Source: Eledone cirrhosa
Lineage: Eukaryota
NCBI GenBank assembly: GCA_964016885.1
Contig: OZ024751.1
Location: 50,096,001 to 50,160,000 of the forward strand
Direction of reading: 5' to 3'
Length of the DNA stretch: 64,000 nucleotides
Shown here: in pieces, positions 24,474 through 39,560 of the stretch
How the letters are laid out: the number at the start of each line of letters is the position of its first letter
How positions within the stretch are numbered: the stretch's first letter is position 1
Translations under genes and position numbers: made by a program
Notes under the pieces: model-generated
Databases searched by the model: none
The model's input: the letters and a program-made list of their open reading frames with translations, nothing else
Told to the model about the DNA's origin: nothing

Positions 24474-24608
24474 GTATTAAGTTGTTAAACAATATTCGAT
24501 GATTATGTCAAAGAATGAGTTTTACAGTAGATTGGAAGCACTCAACGGTGTGTGTATATATATATGTGTGTGTATATGTATATATATATGTGTGTGTGTG
24601 TGTATATG

Positions 24609-24658
<50 letters not shown>

Positions 24659-25199
24659 TATGTATATATATATGTATATATATATATGTATGTATGTATG
24701 TATGTATGCATGTATGTATATATTTACGTATGTATGCATATATATATATGTGTGTGTGTGTGTTTATTTATTCATGTATGTATGTATATATGTATATATG
24801 TATGTATATATATATGTGTGTGTGTGTGTGTGTGCGTATTTATTTATTCATGTACGTATTTATGAATGAATGATGGCGATGATAGTGATGGTGACCACTA
24901 CTACTATGCTTCTACTACTTCTACTACTACTACTACTGCTGCTGTTGCTGCTGCTATGGGTGTGACAATGGATGGGACAATATATATCAACACGAAAGAT
25001 CCGTAAAAATGTGGAGGTGAGCGCCACCCAGGGTCAATCAAGGAACACACAGATTCGAGATCATTCCAACCACAAATGACACCATATGCTTGTGCTTCTC
25101 TCTTCTCCATTCTTTCGACCTACAGGTACATGCTGGGGGTGCACCAATTACCTTAGACCTTGTCAGTTGCCTATCATTAAATAAATTCATTAGAGAAGC

Positions 25200-25600
25200 C
25201 CTTCCCCCTCGATCCTGACTCCTACTTCCTTTCTAAACGGAAGAAGAAAAAGTCGATGCTGTCTTAGTCAAATAGTCAACTGTGTGTCTGCAGTCCGTTC
25301 TGTTGTTTTCATCAGAGAAACTATGTCGCTACATCAAATAGACTGAAGAGAACTACATACAGTAACGGGAGGTTCATTTAATTTATAAGGATTTACACAT
25401 CTTTTTCCTGTTTCCAATGCATGGATATATCATAGACAGTGTCTACTCTTCTGTCAGAGTTCATGCTAGATATTTGATCTAATAACTTCCTCCCACCATT
25501 AAAAGAGACGGAGAAATGCGTCATGAGCTCAGCCTTTCCGCATTTTATAACATCATAGAAAAGGGACCGAGATTCAGAGATGTACTAAATATAACCAACT
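25200..25600 (+). mobile_element. Possible highly decayed CR1-like LINE fragment
   Basis: Conceptual peptide SQLCVCSPFCCFHQRNYVATSNRLKR loosely resembles the CR1 post-RT motif; many stops. Confidence 0.3.
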
Positions 25601-25726
25601 CTTCGAATTCCGCCATATAGATGTAAGCCAAAACTGGTTATAAATATGAATTCATAGCCAGCAATTCAAACTTAGTAAATTTGATTTTCTATCTAGAAGA
25701 TCGACAGTTTGACATCCCCATTATAT

Positions 25727-25843
25727 TAGAGTTCAAATCCCGCCGAGGTTAACTTTGCCTTTCATCCTTCCGGGGTCGATAGAATAAAGTACCAGTAATG
25801 CATTGGGTAATTGCTGGCCTTGTGCCAAAAGTAGAAACAATTA
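25727..25843 (+). mobile_element. SINE family 1, 5'-truncated
   Basis: B box through 3' end. Confidence 0.85.
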
Positions 25844-26922
25844 TATTAGCAGTTGGAATTGTTGTGTGAAAATGGCTTCCATGCTTTGTTTTGGTTGATT
25901 TTCTTTTTTTTGTTTTGGTTATTTTGTTGTTTTTCATTTTTCTAGTATTTTTTGACAATTTACAGTGTTTCGTATTTTTGTATGTTGAAAATGTTATAAA
26001 TAACTTCACATCAAGCTGGCTTTATTTCTTTTCCAGAGGTCATTATTGGCATATCCTTGGCATGTGCTACAAGATACGAGTAATTTTTCACACATGAAGA
26101 AGTTCTCTTCATTCTTTGTAAAACAAAACATCTCCCTAGCGGTTGTATTAAATCGCTTCTCATCTTCCGTTATTCAAAATTTTCAATTCTCTCTATATAG
26201 TACAAAAGAACTTAAAATACCGTTCAATGAATACTTTCAAAGTTTAGCTTGCTTCAATAATACATTTTGTTAGTGACATTCAATAAGGTCGTTTCTTTCT
26301 TAACAATAGTATAAAATGTTAACTAATACATTGTGTCACAGAACACGTACAGCCATTCTATGTCTGTTTTACACCCAGTCGCAGTCAATGGATACATAAA
26401 AGAAAGGGGAAGGTTTTTTTCTGTTTTCTCCCAAAATGTATATTTGAGCTAAAGTCTTTCATTTACGGTCCTAGTGGCCAATAGAGAAAGAACTATCATA
26501 TTGTTACCAGTAGTAGTAGTAGTAGTATTAATTGCTGTCATTGTTGTTGTTATTGGTGGTGGTGGTGGTGGTGGTAGTAGTAATTTACTTTATTGTCCTA
26601 GCCATGCCACTCTTCTACAATGTTTTATGCATGTTTGTTTCTACCACTTTGTATCATGTCTGCCAATCTACAAGACCTGTGCAGCCGGAAGTGACGTGTT
26701 CAATTGTCTCATTCTATTGATTATATAGTCAATAGCTTTGGATTACCAGGTTTTAAATTTTGCTACTGTTATTTTCTGTATTTTCCTTTTCTGGCTAAAC
26801 TTTTGAATTCATTTAACTTCAGTTTAGCATTTTGATTCTAGAATTTATAAAAGGGATGGACAATGTATTGATTCACAAACCCTTATTTCTAATATTCTGC
26901 TCAGTTTTTACTAATTATTATT

Positions 26923-27338
26923 GAGTTACGGTCCTTTACGTTCTGGGTTCAAATCCCGCCGAGATTAGTTTTGCCTTTCATTCTTACGAGGTCGATAAAT
27001 AAAGCACCTGTAATGTACTGGGGTCGATTTAATCCACTTGCCACTCCCCTAAAATTGTTATCCTTGTGCTTAAAATAGAAACAATTATTGTTATTATTAC
27101 TACTATTAATAGGGCTGTCGATTGGCAGAATCGGTAGAGTGTCGGACAACATGCTTAGCGGCATAGAGTTATCGACCTTTACGTTCTGAGTTCAAATCCC
27201 GCCGAGATTAACTTTACCTTTCATCCTTACGGGGGTCGATAAAATAAAGCATCAGTAACGTACTGGGGTCGATTTAATCGACTTTCACCTCCCCCCACCC
27301 CAAATTACTGGCCTCGCGCCTATACTAGAAATCATTAT
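26923..27338 (+). mobile_element. Two SINE family 1 copies (longer 3' variant with GGGGTCGATTTAATC)
   Basis: B boxes in both, A box in the second, conserved body. Confidence 0.85.
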
Positions 27339-28105
27339 TACTACAATTAATACAACTACAATTATAGTCGAAGGAACGTAGGTGTATGTTATTGTAGTTA
27401 TAGCTACTGCTGTTTTTGTTTTGTTGTGTGTGTGTGTGTGTGGTTTTTTTTTGTTGTTGCTGATGTTATTGATGTTGTTTTCAAGCTATTCTCCAGGTCA
27501 AACCTGATCGAACACATCTATTATCAAAAACATATTACACATAACCATCCTGAGGTATTTCAATGTACAATTATGCTCTTCCTTCTTAAAAAAATGGCTG
27601 AGTATGATTTCAATGGAGATGTGGCTGTCATTACCAGTTGGTTGAACGTCTTGCTAGAAGCAGCTTGGTAATTGCAAAAATCAGGGCTGATAAGATATAG
27701 TAGAAGTGAAGGGAAGAAACATCATCTTGGTTAGAATATAGTCTTCATGTTGTGATCGAAGATAAGTGATTTACTCACGATAAAATTGGCTGTGCAAGAT
27801 AAGAAGATACTCTAAAAATGTATCACAATTATCGATTTTTATGCATACATCGGTGAAATAACTATTTCTTATTTTATGTTCACAGGCGATGCGGGGATTT
27901 CGGGTACTTTTGGGGTATATGTCATGGGTAACTTTTATATATTGCTATGACAGTGAGTTGTGAGTTGTACGAACGTATAAACCTCTTAGCTATTCATTCA
28001 AATAAGTTATTCAGCACAAGTGCTAAGTTGAAACACGACAAGATCAAAAGTATTCACTATAAATATATATAAAACGTAAGTGTCTGTGTGTTTACATATA
28101 CATGC

Positions 28106-28182
<77 letters not shown>

Positions 28183-28239
28183 TATATGTGTTTATGTGTA
28201 TATATATATGTGTATGTGTGTATATGTCTCTCCCACCCC

Positions 28240-28472
<233 letters not shown>

Positions 28473-28944
28473 CGTGTGAGTGTGTAAAAGAATATATTTA
28501 TGCTGCAAGCATAATCTTCGTCGCCGTCAGAATACATGTTACATGTTACATAGAAATACTTTCAACCGTCCTGCTTCGTTCAATAGTTTCCTTCTTCATT
28601 GTTCCTATGTTTCAGCCTCATACAATTACCAATGGAAAAGCCATACATTGATAAATTTTCCCTATATTTTCTCTTACGTCAAATGTTTCAATCCATACCG
28701 CAGCTACTGGGTCACGTTAAAATAACATTCCATCATTACCTCCTCCGTCGACGCCATCTTGTCGCCATCACCGAATTATATTCATTCTTAATCATCTTAT
28801 TCTGGTTTCCAGCAAGAAGACTTATAGGCTGGTGTATATATATATATGTGTGTGTGCGTGTGGGTGTGTGGGTGTGTGTGTGTGTGCGTGTGTGTGTGTG
28901 TGCGTGTCTGTGTGTGTGCGTGTGTGTATGTGTGTGTGTGGGGG

Positions 28945-29013
<69 letters not shown>

Positions 29014-29350
29014 TGTGCGTGTGTGTATATGTGTGTGTGTGTGTATGTATGTATGTATATATATATATATACATATATATATAGGTATGCGTGTGTGTGT
29101 ATATGTACATAGACACCTGACTAGTTACACATGTACTTATGTATGTATATAGTGAATGAATGTATCTCTGTATGCTTGTATGTATATATATATATACGCA
29201 AGCATGTGTGAATATATATGTGTCCAAATACATATCTACGTATGTATGCAAGTATATATGTATGTATGTATGTATCATATATGTATGTGTGTATCTATGT
29301 ATGTGTATTATTTGCATATATGTATGTATGCGTGTATGTATGTATGAATG

Positions 29351-29391
<41 letters not shown>

Positions 29392-29479
29392 GAATTTATC
29401 ATATATGTATGTGTGTATCTATGTATGTGTATGTATGCGTATATGTATGAATGCATGTATGTATGCTTATGGCTATGTA

Positions 29480-30035
29480 TGTATTTATGTGTGAATCTAT
29501 ATATATGTGTATGTATGTACGTATGAATGTATGATTATATGTATGTGTGTGTGTATGTATGTGTATATATGCGTGTATGTATATTTATGGGTATGTATGT
29601 ATGTATATGTGAATCTTTATATATGTGTATGTATGCACGTATGAATGTATGATTATATGTATGTGTGTATCTATGTATGTGTATATATGCGTGTATGTAT
29701 ATATATGCGTGTATGTATATTTATGGGTATGTATGTATGTATGTATTTATGTGTGAATCTATATATATGTGTATGTATGCATGTACGAATCTATGATTAT
29801 ATGTATGTGTGTCTGTATGTATGTGTATATATGCGTGTATGTATATTTATGGGTATGTATGTATGTATGTGTGAATCTATATATATGTGTATGTATGTAT
29901 GTACGAATCTATGATTATATGTATGAGTGTATCTATGTATGTGTGTCTGTATGTATGTGTATATATGCGTGTATGTATATTTATGGGTATGTATGTATGT
30001 GTGAATCTATATATATGTGTATGTATGCATGTACA
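29480..30035. repeat. ~120-145-bp minisatellite built from degenerate (TATG)n
   Basis: The marker GTGAATCT and the ATGATTATAT/ATTTATGGGT blocks recur four to five times. Confidence 0.8.
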
Positions 30036-30237
30036 TATGTACAAACCGCAGGCGAGCCACTGCAACAATAGAATTACGATTTCCGTTCGTGAATTTTTCA
30101 AATGACTTACATTGTAAAGACTTTGGCGAGGACTGAATATCTTATTAACCATTACCTTTATATGTCCTCACAGTAGGATGATGTTCTATAGACGCATATG
30201 TATAATGCATAGGTCCTATGAGTTATATTGTTAAATC

Positions 30238-30270
<33 letters not shown>

Positions 30271-30274
<4 letters not shown>

Positions 30275-30442
30275 AAGGAAATGTGGTAAGGAACCAGGTG
30301 GACCATAACGCACCAAAGTACTCGATACTTAGGGTAGTAGAGTGGGTAAAAACACTGAGCTCAAGCCGTTTCGACGGCTAATTCAAGACTGAATTAGCCG
30401 TCGAAGCGGCTTGAGCTCAGCCGTCGGAGTCCTACTCGTTCC

Positions 30443-30445
<3 letters not shown>
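30271..30445 (-). mobile_element. (TA)n-embedded insert with hammerhead 3' half and fold-back palindrome
   Basis: Palindrome CTGAGCTCAAGCCGTTTCGACGGCTAATTCA / TGAATTAGCCGTCGAAGCGGCTTGAGCTCAG; homologous to 1810-1945. Confidence 0.7.
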
Positions 30446-30503
<58 letters not shown>

Positions 30504-30690
30504 CTGGTTCTTTGTTTTTATTCATTGTTTTTATTAATTTATCTTGACTCTTATTTTCCTATGATTTTCATCGAAAAATTTTGAATGCATCTCTTTTCAT
30601 GATATTTGGATTACATTGAGTTCTTCATACTGAGTGGACACTACCGTATATCTTGGTAGATTTATCTACATATATATATTCATATATATA

Positions 30691-30733
<43 letters not shown>

Positions 30734-30775
30734 GAAAAGATTCAAGACCCCGACGTTTCGACAGTTAGATCCGAA

Positions 30776-30818
<43 letters not shown>

Positions 30819-30999
30819 TAACTTACTTTACATTCAACTTATACGAGCCTCTGTATGAGATTATGGAAATAGCAGTCATCCTTGCTGTTTTTATAAGAAA
30901 ACAAGGACACATTCGATAATTTTGTTTTAGATATGTGCTGGATTTGCGTCGTTTCTGATGATGAGTGCTCCAAACTGTCGAGATTATAGTCTGTAGGTG

Positions 31000-31265
31000 G
31001 CGAAGCATTCTACAGACACGTGCACCCTTAATGTAATTCTCATAGAGATTCAGCGGGGTATTATATATAATAAGGCTTCAATTAACCACCCATCCAATCT
31101 TTGGATTATAGATACAACTACTTTTTGTCAGCTGAATGGAGTGGGGCAACGTGAAATATAGCGTGTTACTCAAGTACAGAGCGTGGTTACACGACCAGGA
31201 ATCGAACTCACAACCTTATGATCGTAAGCAGAACAACTTAACCGCTAAGCTATGCTGCGCCTTCC
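31000..31265 (-). mobile_element. SINE family 2 (CORE-like)
   Basis: Reverse complement has A box TAGCTTAGCGG, B box GAGTTCGATTCC and the CORE-like segment. Confidence 0.75.
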
Positions 31266-31293
31266 ACTAGCATATAACTGTATATATATATAT

Positions 31294-31510
31294 AAAATAA
31301 TTAAGTCAAATAGGTAAAAGTTGGCTTCGTTTATTATAAATTATAGATATATCTATAATTTAACGAAGCCAAATAAACGAAGCCAAATTTTACCTATTTA
31401 ACTTAATTATTTTACATTACTCCGGAGTAACAAAACCAACCCGCGTACTTCGTCGAGTGCTCCAATCTGCATACCGAGGTGTCGGTAAACAACCAACATA
31501 CTCAAGATAT
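31294..31510 (+). mobile_element. Truncated copy of the 58.0-kb HHR-bearing element with a 5' fold-back
   Basis: 31370-31505 matches 58014-58147; 31294-31413 is an imperfect palindrome centred on TATAGATATATCTATA. Confidence 0.8.
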
Positions 31511-31615
31511 ATATATATATAGATAGATAGATAGATAGATAGATATAGATATATATATAGGAACCAGTAAGACCCCGACAGCTGAGCTCAAGCCGTTTCG
31601 ACGGCTAATTCTGGA

Positions 31616-31694
<79 letters not shown>

Positions 31695-32166
31695 GCCTCT
31701 GACTATGTGTGTGTAAATGTGCCTGTATGTGTGTGTATATGTGCCTGTATGTGTGTGTACGTGTGTGTCTTTGTTTTAGCTACCACTCAACAACTGAAAT
31801 TGACGCAATAGAAGAGCTCAGCCCAAAAGCATATTCATGATATTCAATGAGCAGGTGAAATATGACGTTCGAAGTGAGAAAAACACATTTGTGTTATCCG
31901 TTTGTAAGATTATCAATATATAATGTTAAATAAGAATGTATTTCTTCCTACATTTCCAAAGGATACAAGGAAGTAGATATGTTGAAATAGACATAGAAAT
32001 GCAAGTATATCACCTGTGGGATAAATATCGAGCTACTGGAAAATGTCATAACAATACTATCTCTAACTATGAAGCATGATATAATGGTCTAAACATTATA
32101 TGTTCCTCGAGGTAAAAGGTTTGAAAAAAAATGCAGCGATTTGGAGAACATACTCACACATATAAA

Positions 32167-32558
32167 ATAATTGTTTCTACCTTTGGCACAAGGCCAGCAA
32201 TTATCCCAATGGATTACTGGTACTTTATGTTATCGACGCTGTAAGGATGAAAGGCAAAGTTAACCTCGGCGGGATTTGAACTCAGACCGTAAAGGGGCGT
32301 AGTTCTCTGCTGCAAAGCATGACGTTCGATCTTCTACCGATACTGCCAATCCACCTCTAAAATAATGATTTCTAGTATAGGCACAAGGTCAGTAATTTGT
32401 GGGGAGGAGAAAGTCGATTAAATCGACCCCAGTACATTACTGGTGCTTTATTTTATCGACCACGTAAGGATGAAAGGCAAAGTTAACCTCGGCGGAACTT
32501 GAACTCTTTGCTGCAAAGCATCACGTCCGACTCTCTACCGATACTGCCAATCCACCTC
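32167..32558 (-). mobile_element. Two tandem SINE family 1 copies
   Basis: Consensus match. Confidence 0.9.
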
Positions 32559-32994
32559 TAAAATAATACTGGTGGAATGTTCTTGTTAAAACCTCAGTAA
32601 AATATAGATACGACAGACCAGATATAATGATACGGGAATGCACAGAAGGGAAATCAGCCGCCCACCAAATGTTAATATGGCGTTGATAATTAACGAAAGA
32701 ATGTTTATGCCTAATTAATGAGACACCAGCAGATATTCCACACTGACTACCTTTAGATTGCTATCAGTCCCCATTGTGATACTTGAAAACGTTACTAACT
32801 GCTTCAGCACAAGTCTTAAGAGGCCCCGGTTTTACAAATCCAAATAAAATATGGCTAATTAGGAAATTACAAGTACAGTTCATTCATGGAACTGAACAAT
32901 TATGGAAAACAACCCAAAAGTGTGTTGTCTTATAACAACATCCTCTTGCGTGTTGATAGAGAAAGATATAGATTTGTGTATATACATACATATC

Positions 32995-33622
32995 TGATGG
33001 CTGCCCCCTCGTTATCGAGTATGGCCATTACACGATATACCATTAATAATTAATTCTATTGTGCAATGCTTGTGCGTGAAGATATTTTTTAAAGTGCGGA
33101 AAGACTGTGCACTGAGCCAATCTAACCCGAAAAGATACATATATATACATATATACATACATATATACATACATATATACATACATATATACATACATAC
33201 ATATATACATATATACATATATACATATATACATACATACATATATACATATATACATATATACATACATACAAACAGACAGACAGACATACATATATAT
33301 ATACATACATATATGCTTACATACATACATACATACATACGTACGTACATACATACATACATACATACATACATACATACATGCATACATACATACATAC
33401 ATACATACATACATACATACATACATACATACATACATACATACATACATACATGTGTGCACATACATACATACATAATGGCTGCCCCCTCGTTATCGAG
33501 TATGGCCATTGCACGAGAAGAAAAAAATAAAATAAAAATAAAAAAAATAAAAATAAAATAAAATAAAATAAAATAAAATAATAATAATAATAATAATAAA
33601 TAAATTTAAAAAAAAAGAAAAG

Positions 33623-33673
<51 letters not shown>

Positions 33674-33729
33674 CATACATACATACACACATACATACAC
33701 ACACACACACACACACATACATTAATAAC

Positions 33730-33766
<37 letters not shown>

Positions 33767-33845
33767 GCAATAATAATAATAACGACAACAACAATAATAA
33801 TATACATATTCATATATATATACACACACACGCACGCACATAAGC

Positions 33846-33877
<32 letters not shown>

Positions 33878-34400
33878 GATAACAACTAACAGTGCTGCGA
33901 TCGAATGTGGCTTTTTAGCCCAGCCAATGATCTACAATGTCTTGCACAGAGTCGGCAACCAAAACATTCACTGGGAATAGTCGGCTGTGGTTGGAGTTCG
34001 TGTACTTTTGCATGTCGCTTGAGCCCTCCTGCTGATTTACATTCTCTACCACATGTTTGGCAAGCATGATGAGTAGCATCTCCAACAGCAGCCTGGTAGT
34101 CAACCACTGGTCTTACTTTATGACTGCGAAGATGACTTTCGAGTCCAGCTTTGCTTAGGCAGAGTCTCGCACAGACGCTGCATGTCAGCACCATAGGAGG
34201 ACCCTCGCCGTCTGGAAGTGCAACAGCAATGCCCTTCCTCACATCCCGCTTTACTTTCTCGTGTGCGATTCGAGATGCCTCAAAGGCAACTTTTCCCTCA
34301 TATACAGTCTTTCTCCATTTATTACGATCAGCAGCAATATTTTCCCATGTATCAGCAGAGATGTTAGCGTCTTTCAAAGAGGCTTTCAAGGAATCCTTAT
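32995..34400 (-). mobile_element. RTE-clade LINE 3' fragments split by microsatellites
   Basis: Coding part 33886-34400. The 3' hairpin ATGGCCATACTCGATAACGAGGGGGCAGCCAT occurs at 33478-33509 and 32997-33028, followed by (TATG)-type tails. Confidence 0.8.
33886..34400 (-). pseudogene. RTE ORF C-terminus with three C2H2 zinc fingers
   Basis: YKDSLKASLK...TWENIAADRNKWR; CSVC..H..H, CQTC..H..H, CRLC..H..(Q)H. Confidence 0.85.
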
Positions 34401-34449
34401 ATACATACATACATACATACATACATACATACATACATACATACATACA

Positions 34450-34482
<33 letters not shown>

Positions 34483-34484
34483 GC

Positions 34485-34515
<31 letters not shown>

Positions 34516-34531
34516 CATACATACATACATG

Positions 34532-34563
<32 letters not shown>

Positions 34564-34629
34564 CATACATATATGCTTACATACATACATACATACATAC
34601 ATATATGCTTACATACATACAAACATACA

Positions 34630-34663
<34 letters not shown>

Positions 34664-34692
34664 CATACATACATACATACACACATATATGC

Positions 34693-34738
<46 letters not shown>

Positions 34739-34797
34739 GCTTACATACATACAAACATACATACATACATACATACATACATACATACATACATACA

Positions 34798-34830
<33 letters not shown>

Positions 34831-36649
34831 GCTTACATACATACAAACATACATACAAACATACATACATACATACATACAAACATATATACATACATGC
34901 AAGTATAGATAAGTTCGCACATACATAACAGCATGCTATATTAAACAGCAATTGGCTTCACGGAAATTATCATTGGTAAATAATCAAACACATCACTGAT
35001 TGTTAATTAAAACTAATTAGGTGATTACTTATTCGCTATCAGCCAAAATTTACAGCAAGACAGATTACTTCTTCTGGTGTGGTATCCGCTGTTAAATTAA
35101 TCCTATCAACGCATTCTAACTTTGCTAGTTTTAATAATATTAATCGTAATGTATCTATTATTTCAAAGAATTATATTTGGTGTCGTGTAAAACGTCGGTC
35201 ATAATGCAAAGCAAATGATAAGAATACATGTCTGTGTGAGTGAGAGAGGGGGGAGGAAGAGAGAGAGAGAGGGAGATGGGGAGAGAGTGAGAGAGAGAGA
35301 GAGAGAGTGAGAGAGAGAGAGACGCATATAAACGCATATATGTGGGTCTATGAAGATCTTTATCTAAATATCTGTGTGGTGGTAGCAGCAATGCTGAAAT
35401 ATGTTTTGTTTTTAATTCTACTCTGTAACAAGTCTTTATGTTATACTGATCTTTAATACTTGGTGGTTGCTTCTAATCTAACTGGATTTTCCACGGGGTC
35501 AGCTAGTATTTATGATTATACTTATTTATAATATATGCACAACTAATAATTTTGGTCAGTTTCCTGTCTTTCATTAAACGCCCTTAATTTCAAACGAGCT
35601 TATTAATAAATCCTCCAGATCATGCTGATGTCAATTTTGCCTTTCATCCTTCCGGGATTGACTAAAATAAAGTACCAGTTAAATACTGAGGTTCATATAG
35701 TCGACTTCCTCTCTTAAACAATTTGCTGACCTCGTTTCTATCTTAGAATTGTTATATTTTGAAGAAGAAATGAATAAATAGATGAATGCATAGATAAAAA
35801 TAAAGTACCAGTTAGATACTGGGGTTGATATAATAAACTTCCACCCTCAAACAATTTTCTGACCTCAATCCTGTTTAAGAATTCATTGTTATATCTTGCA
35901 AAAGGAATGAATAAATAGATACGTAAATAAATAAATAGATTAACTTTTAAAAAAACACACGAAAACTTCGTTTTAGAAACACAATAGTAAAATACGTAAA
36001 ACTCCATATCAACACAATAAATTAAAACATCACACACTCCTTCCCATAATGCACGTCAAAACAAGATCTTTAAAACATTACCCCTCTACTCTCTTAATCC
36101 TTCCTAATCTTTAATCAAAAATATAAAATATAATAACTAAAAATATTAATATTGTTTTTTCTAATATCCTAGAATGCATTTGTTTACACAGAAAACATTT
36201 TACGTGACTCATTCTCGACTAGTTTTATTTTAGGAAATTATATAATATACACATACATTCATAGATACATACATACACACATACATACGCATACATATAC
36301 ATACAAACATACATACATACATACTTACTTATGCATACATAGATACATACATACATAAATACATACATACATAAATACACATACATACACACATACATAA
36401 ATACACATACATACATACATACGTACATACGCACATACTTACACATATACATACATAGATACACATACATACACACATACATACATAAATACACACACAT
36501 ACATACATACATATATACATACATGCGTACATACATACACCTACATACGTACATACGTACATACATACAGCCATACATACACATACATACATACACATAT
36601 AAACATACATACATACATACATACATACATACATACATACATACATACA

Positions 36650-36681
<32 letters not shown>

Positions 36682-36986
36682 CGTACACATTCATACATAC
36701 ATGTCTTTAACGCCTGTTCATAAGACGCCTTCGTGACATCGGGCGTGTCTTAGACTTTTATGTCCGGTAGAGCCGGAGAGTAAGATGGATTTAGTAAGAA
36801 ACTGGTTAGACCATTTCTGACCAGAATACTCGATACTTGGGATAGTAGAGTCAGGACCCTGGCGAATGAGCTCTTGCCGTTTCAACAGCTAGTTCCAGGC
36901 GTCCTGATTCATTTATATATATATATATATACACACACATGTATATATTATATATACACATGTATATATTATATATATATATAGAT

Positions 36987-37174
36987 GGCGGTGGATTGGC
37001 AGTATCGGTAGAGGGTCGAACGCCATGCTTTCCAGCATAGTTACGTCCCTTTATGATCTGAGTTCAAATCCCGCCGAGGTTGACTTTGCCGTTCATCCTT
37101 ACGGGGTCGATAAAATAAAGTACCAGTAATGCACTGGGTAATTGCAGGCCTTGTGCCTAAAGTAGAAACAATTA
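36987..37174 (+). mobile_element. Full-length SINE family 1
   Basis: GGCGGTGGATTGGCAGTATCGG ... AAAGTAGAAACAATT. Confidence 0.92.
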
Positions 37175-37184
37175 TATATATATA

Positions 37185-37230
<46 letters not shown>

Positions 37231-37686
37231 CTCCCACACACTCCCACACCTTCACACATAGATACATACGCATACTTATGCATGTAGCAAGAAACACTCT
37301 CACACATACAAGTACAGCACTGGGGTCGATTTAATCGACTTTCCCTTCTCCCAAAATTGCTGGCCTTGTGCCTAAAGTAGAAATCGTTATTTAACCCACC
37401 CATATACATAGCCATATATGTACATATACATAGTCATTATTATACTCATACAAAAATACACGTATACACACACTACATAGCAGCGCAAGTTTACACTAAA
37501 TACGCCCACAGTTTGCACACTTTAGGATAACAATTTGTTATGGGAAGATTTAACTGAGATCAATAATCTATTTTAGGCTGCTTCTATTGATAGAACAAAT
37601 ACTGCAGTGTATATATAGAAATAGAAATATATATATATATGTATGTGTGTGTGTGTGTTTATATATATATGGTGGAAGGGAGTTTT

Positions 37687-37780
37687 CCTCATCAATTGTC
37701 TACTGGGGGGTCTCAGATATGTCAACACTTTAAAGACAATATATCTACCCCCAGAGCGTTCAATAACTGGGTAAGTTATT
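37687..37780 (-). ncRNA. Rearranged hammerhead-like motif, copy B (core mutated: TTGATGA, GACA)
   Basis: Homologous to 53058-53150 with the same helices. Confidence 0.65.
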
Positions 37781-38098
37781 GGGTAAGAGAGAAGGAAAAT
37801 AGAAGGGAAAAGGGGAAAATGGGAAGAAAAGAGAAAACAGCGGAAAAAACAACATATATATATATATATACACACACACACATACGTATACGTATGTATG
37901 TGTGTGTGTATGTATGTTTTTACTAATCTAATTATGCTATATTTTAAATAATTTATGAAACGTTTAAACCAACTGTAATGTGTTCTCCCAGTCACGTAAC
38001 CTCCTGTGTGTAGAGTTTGTTTCTAGTCATATGCTTGGTGGTCGCCGATCTGATCAGCTCGTTTGTCTACCAGCATATATATATATATAAATATATAC

Positions 38099-38189
<91 letters not shown>

Positions 38190-38648
38190 TAGGTTGCTAA
38201 ATTAAAAATAATTATTTCCTCTGACTCATATTTCTCAATGGGCTATGATATAAAGAACCAGTGAATTACAGAGTGCTATAGCATCCATTATACACTGCTT
38301 CCCAGAATCTAAGAGCTTGTGCTTATGTTAGATATTAACATTAATACATTAATACATTAATACAGGGTCGTCGCAGATTGTAAAAAGACGGCACCAGCTG
38401 GTTATGTCAACAAACACACGCACACGACATCAGCACTTAGGTTAAGATAATCATCAAATGTATTGAAGATTATCTTACGTAGATAAATTTTAGATTATTG
38501 ACATTCAAGTTTCAGGCCTAAAACGATTTTTCGGAAAACTAGTAATAAATTCCCCATACACGCATGTCTCTCCTTTTCTCGTGGTTATCCAAGGAAAACG
38601 CAGGCATCGATACAGCTTCGCACAAGTGAAATCGGAGACAAGTTCAAA

Positions 38649-38836
38649 TAGTTGTTTCTATTTTTGGCACAAGGCCAGTAATTATCCCAGTACGTTATTG
38701 GTACTTTATTTTATCGACCCCGTAAGGAGGAAAGGCAAAGTTAACCCCGGTGGGATTTGAACTCAGACCGTAAAGGGCCGTAACTCTATGCCGCAAATCA
38801 TGGTGTCCGACTCTCTACCGATACTGCCAATCCACC
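38649..38836 (-). mobile_element. SINE family 1
   Basis: Consensus match. Confidence 0.9.
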
Positions 38837-39202
38837 ATATTCAAATAGTAAAGGGTAGAAAGATATACTGCAAAGTATCTTTACAACTGTGTAAACAATT
38901 CTGCCAATCAACCACCCTCGACTAATAATGAGGAATAGTAAAGTTGACCTCAGGGTGGGATTTGAATTTATAGCGTAACAAATACCACCAGGTATTGACT
39001 TCCATGCTCCAACAATTCTGCCAATTCACCGCCCTAGAGAAATAATCTATTGAAAATATAAACGGAATTATGAATAGAAATAGAAATTTATTGAAAGAAA
39101 GGAATTGAAAATGTCAAATTTTGAACGAGAAAAGAAAGAAATAATCTGCAAAACATACATACATACGTACATACATACATACATACATATGTGTGTGTGT
39201 GT

Positions 39203-39372
39203 AAGGACGAATAGTTACTCCTTCGTTACGTTTATTGGTTGGTGACACGCGTTTGACTACTAATCAGCTCAAGGTTCGATCTGTATCGATACAGATCGAA
39301 CTTTGAGCTGATCAGTAGCGAAATGCGCGTCACCAACCAATAAACGTAACGAAAGACTAATCATTCGTCCTT
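39203..39372. repeat. ~170-bp palindrome containing a hammerhead 3' half
   Basis: Centred on TATCGATA; the right arm has GCGAAATGCGCGTC. Confidence 0.85.
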
Positions 39373-39373
39373 G

Positions 39374-39560
39374 TGAATTGGCAGTATCGGTAGAGGGTCG
39401 GACGCCATGCTTTCCAGCATAGTTACGTCCCTTTACGGTCTGAGTTCCAATCCCGCCGAGGTTAACTTTGCCTTTCATCCTTACGGGGTCGATAAAATAA
39501 AGTACCAGTAATACACTGGGATAACTGCTGGCCTTGTGCCTAAAGTAGAAGCAATTATTA
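39374..39560 (+). mobile_element. SINE family 1
   Basis: Consensus match. Confidence 0.9.

Noticed and set aside
33886-34602. Host C2H2 zinc-finger gene
   Set aside because: Preceded by RTE C-terminal motifs, its start codon lies in (TATG)n, and an RTE 3' hairpin follows.
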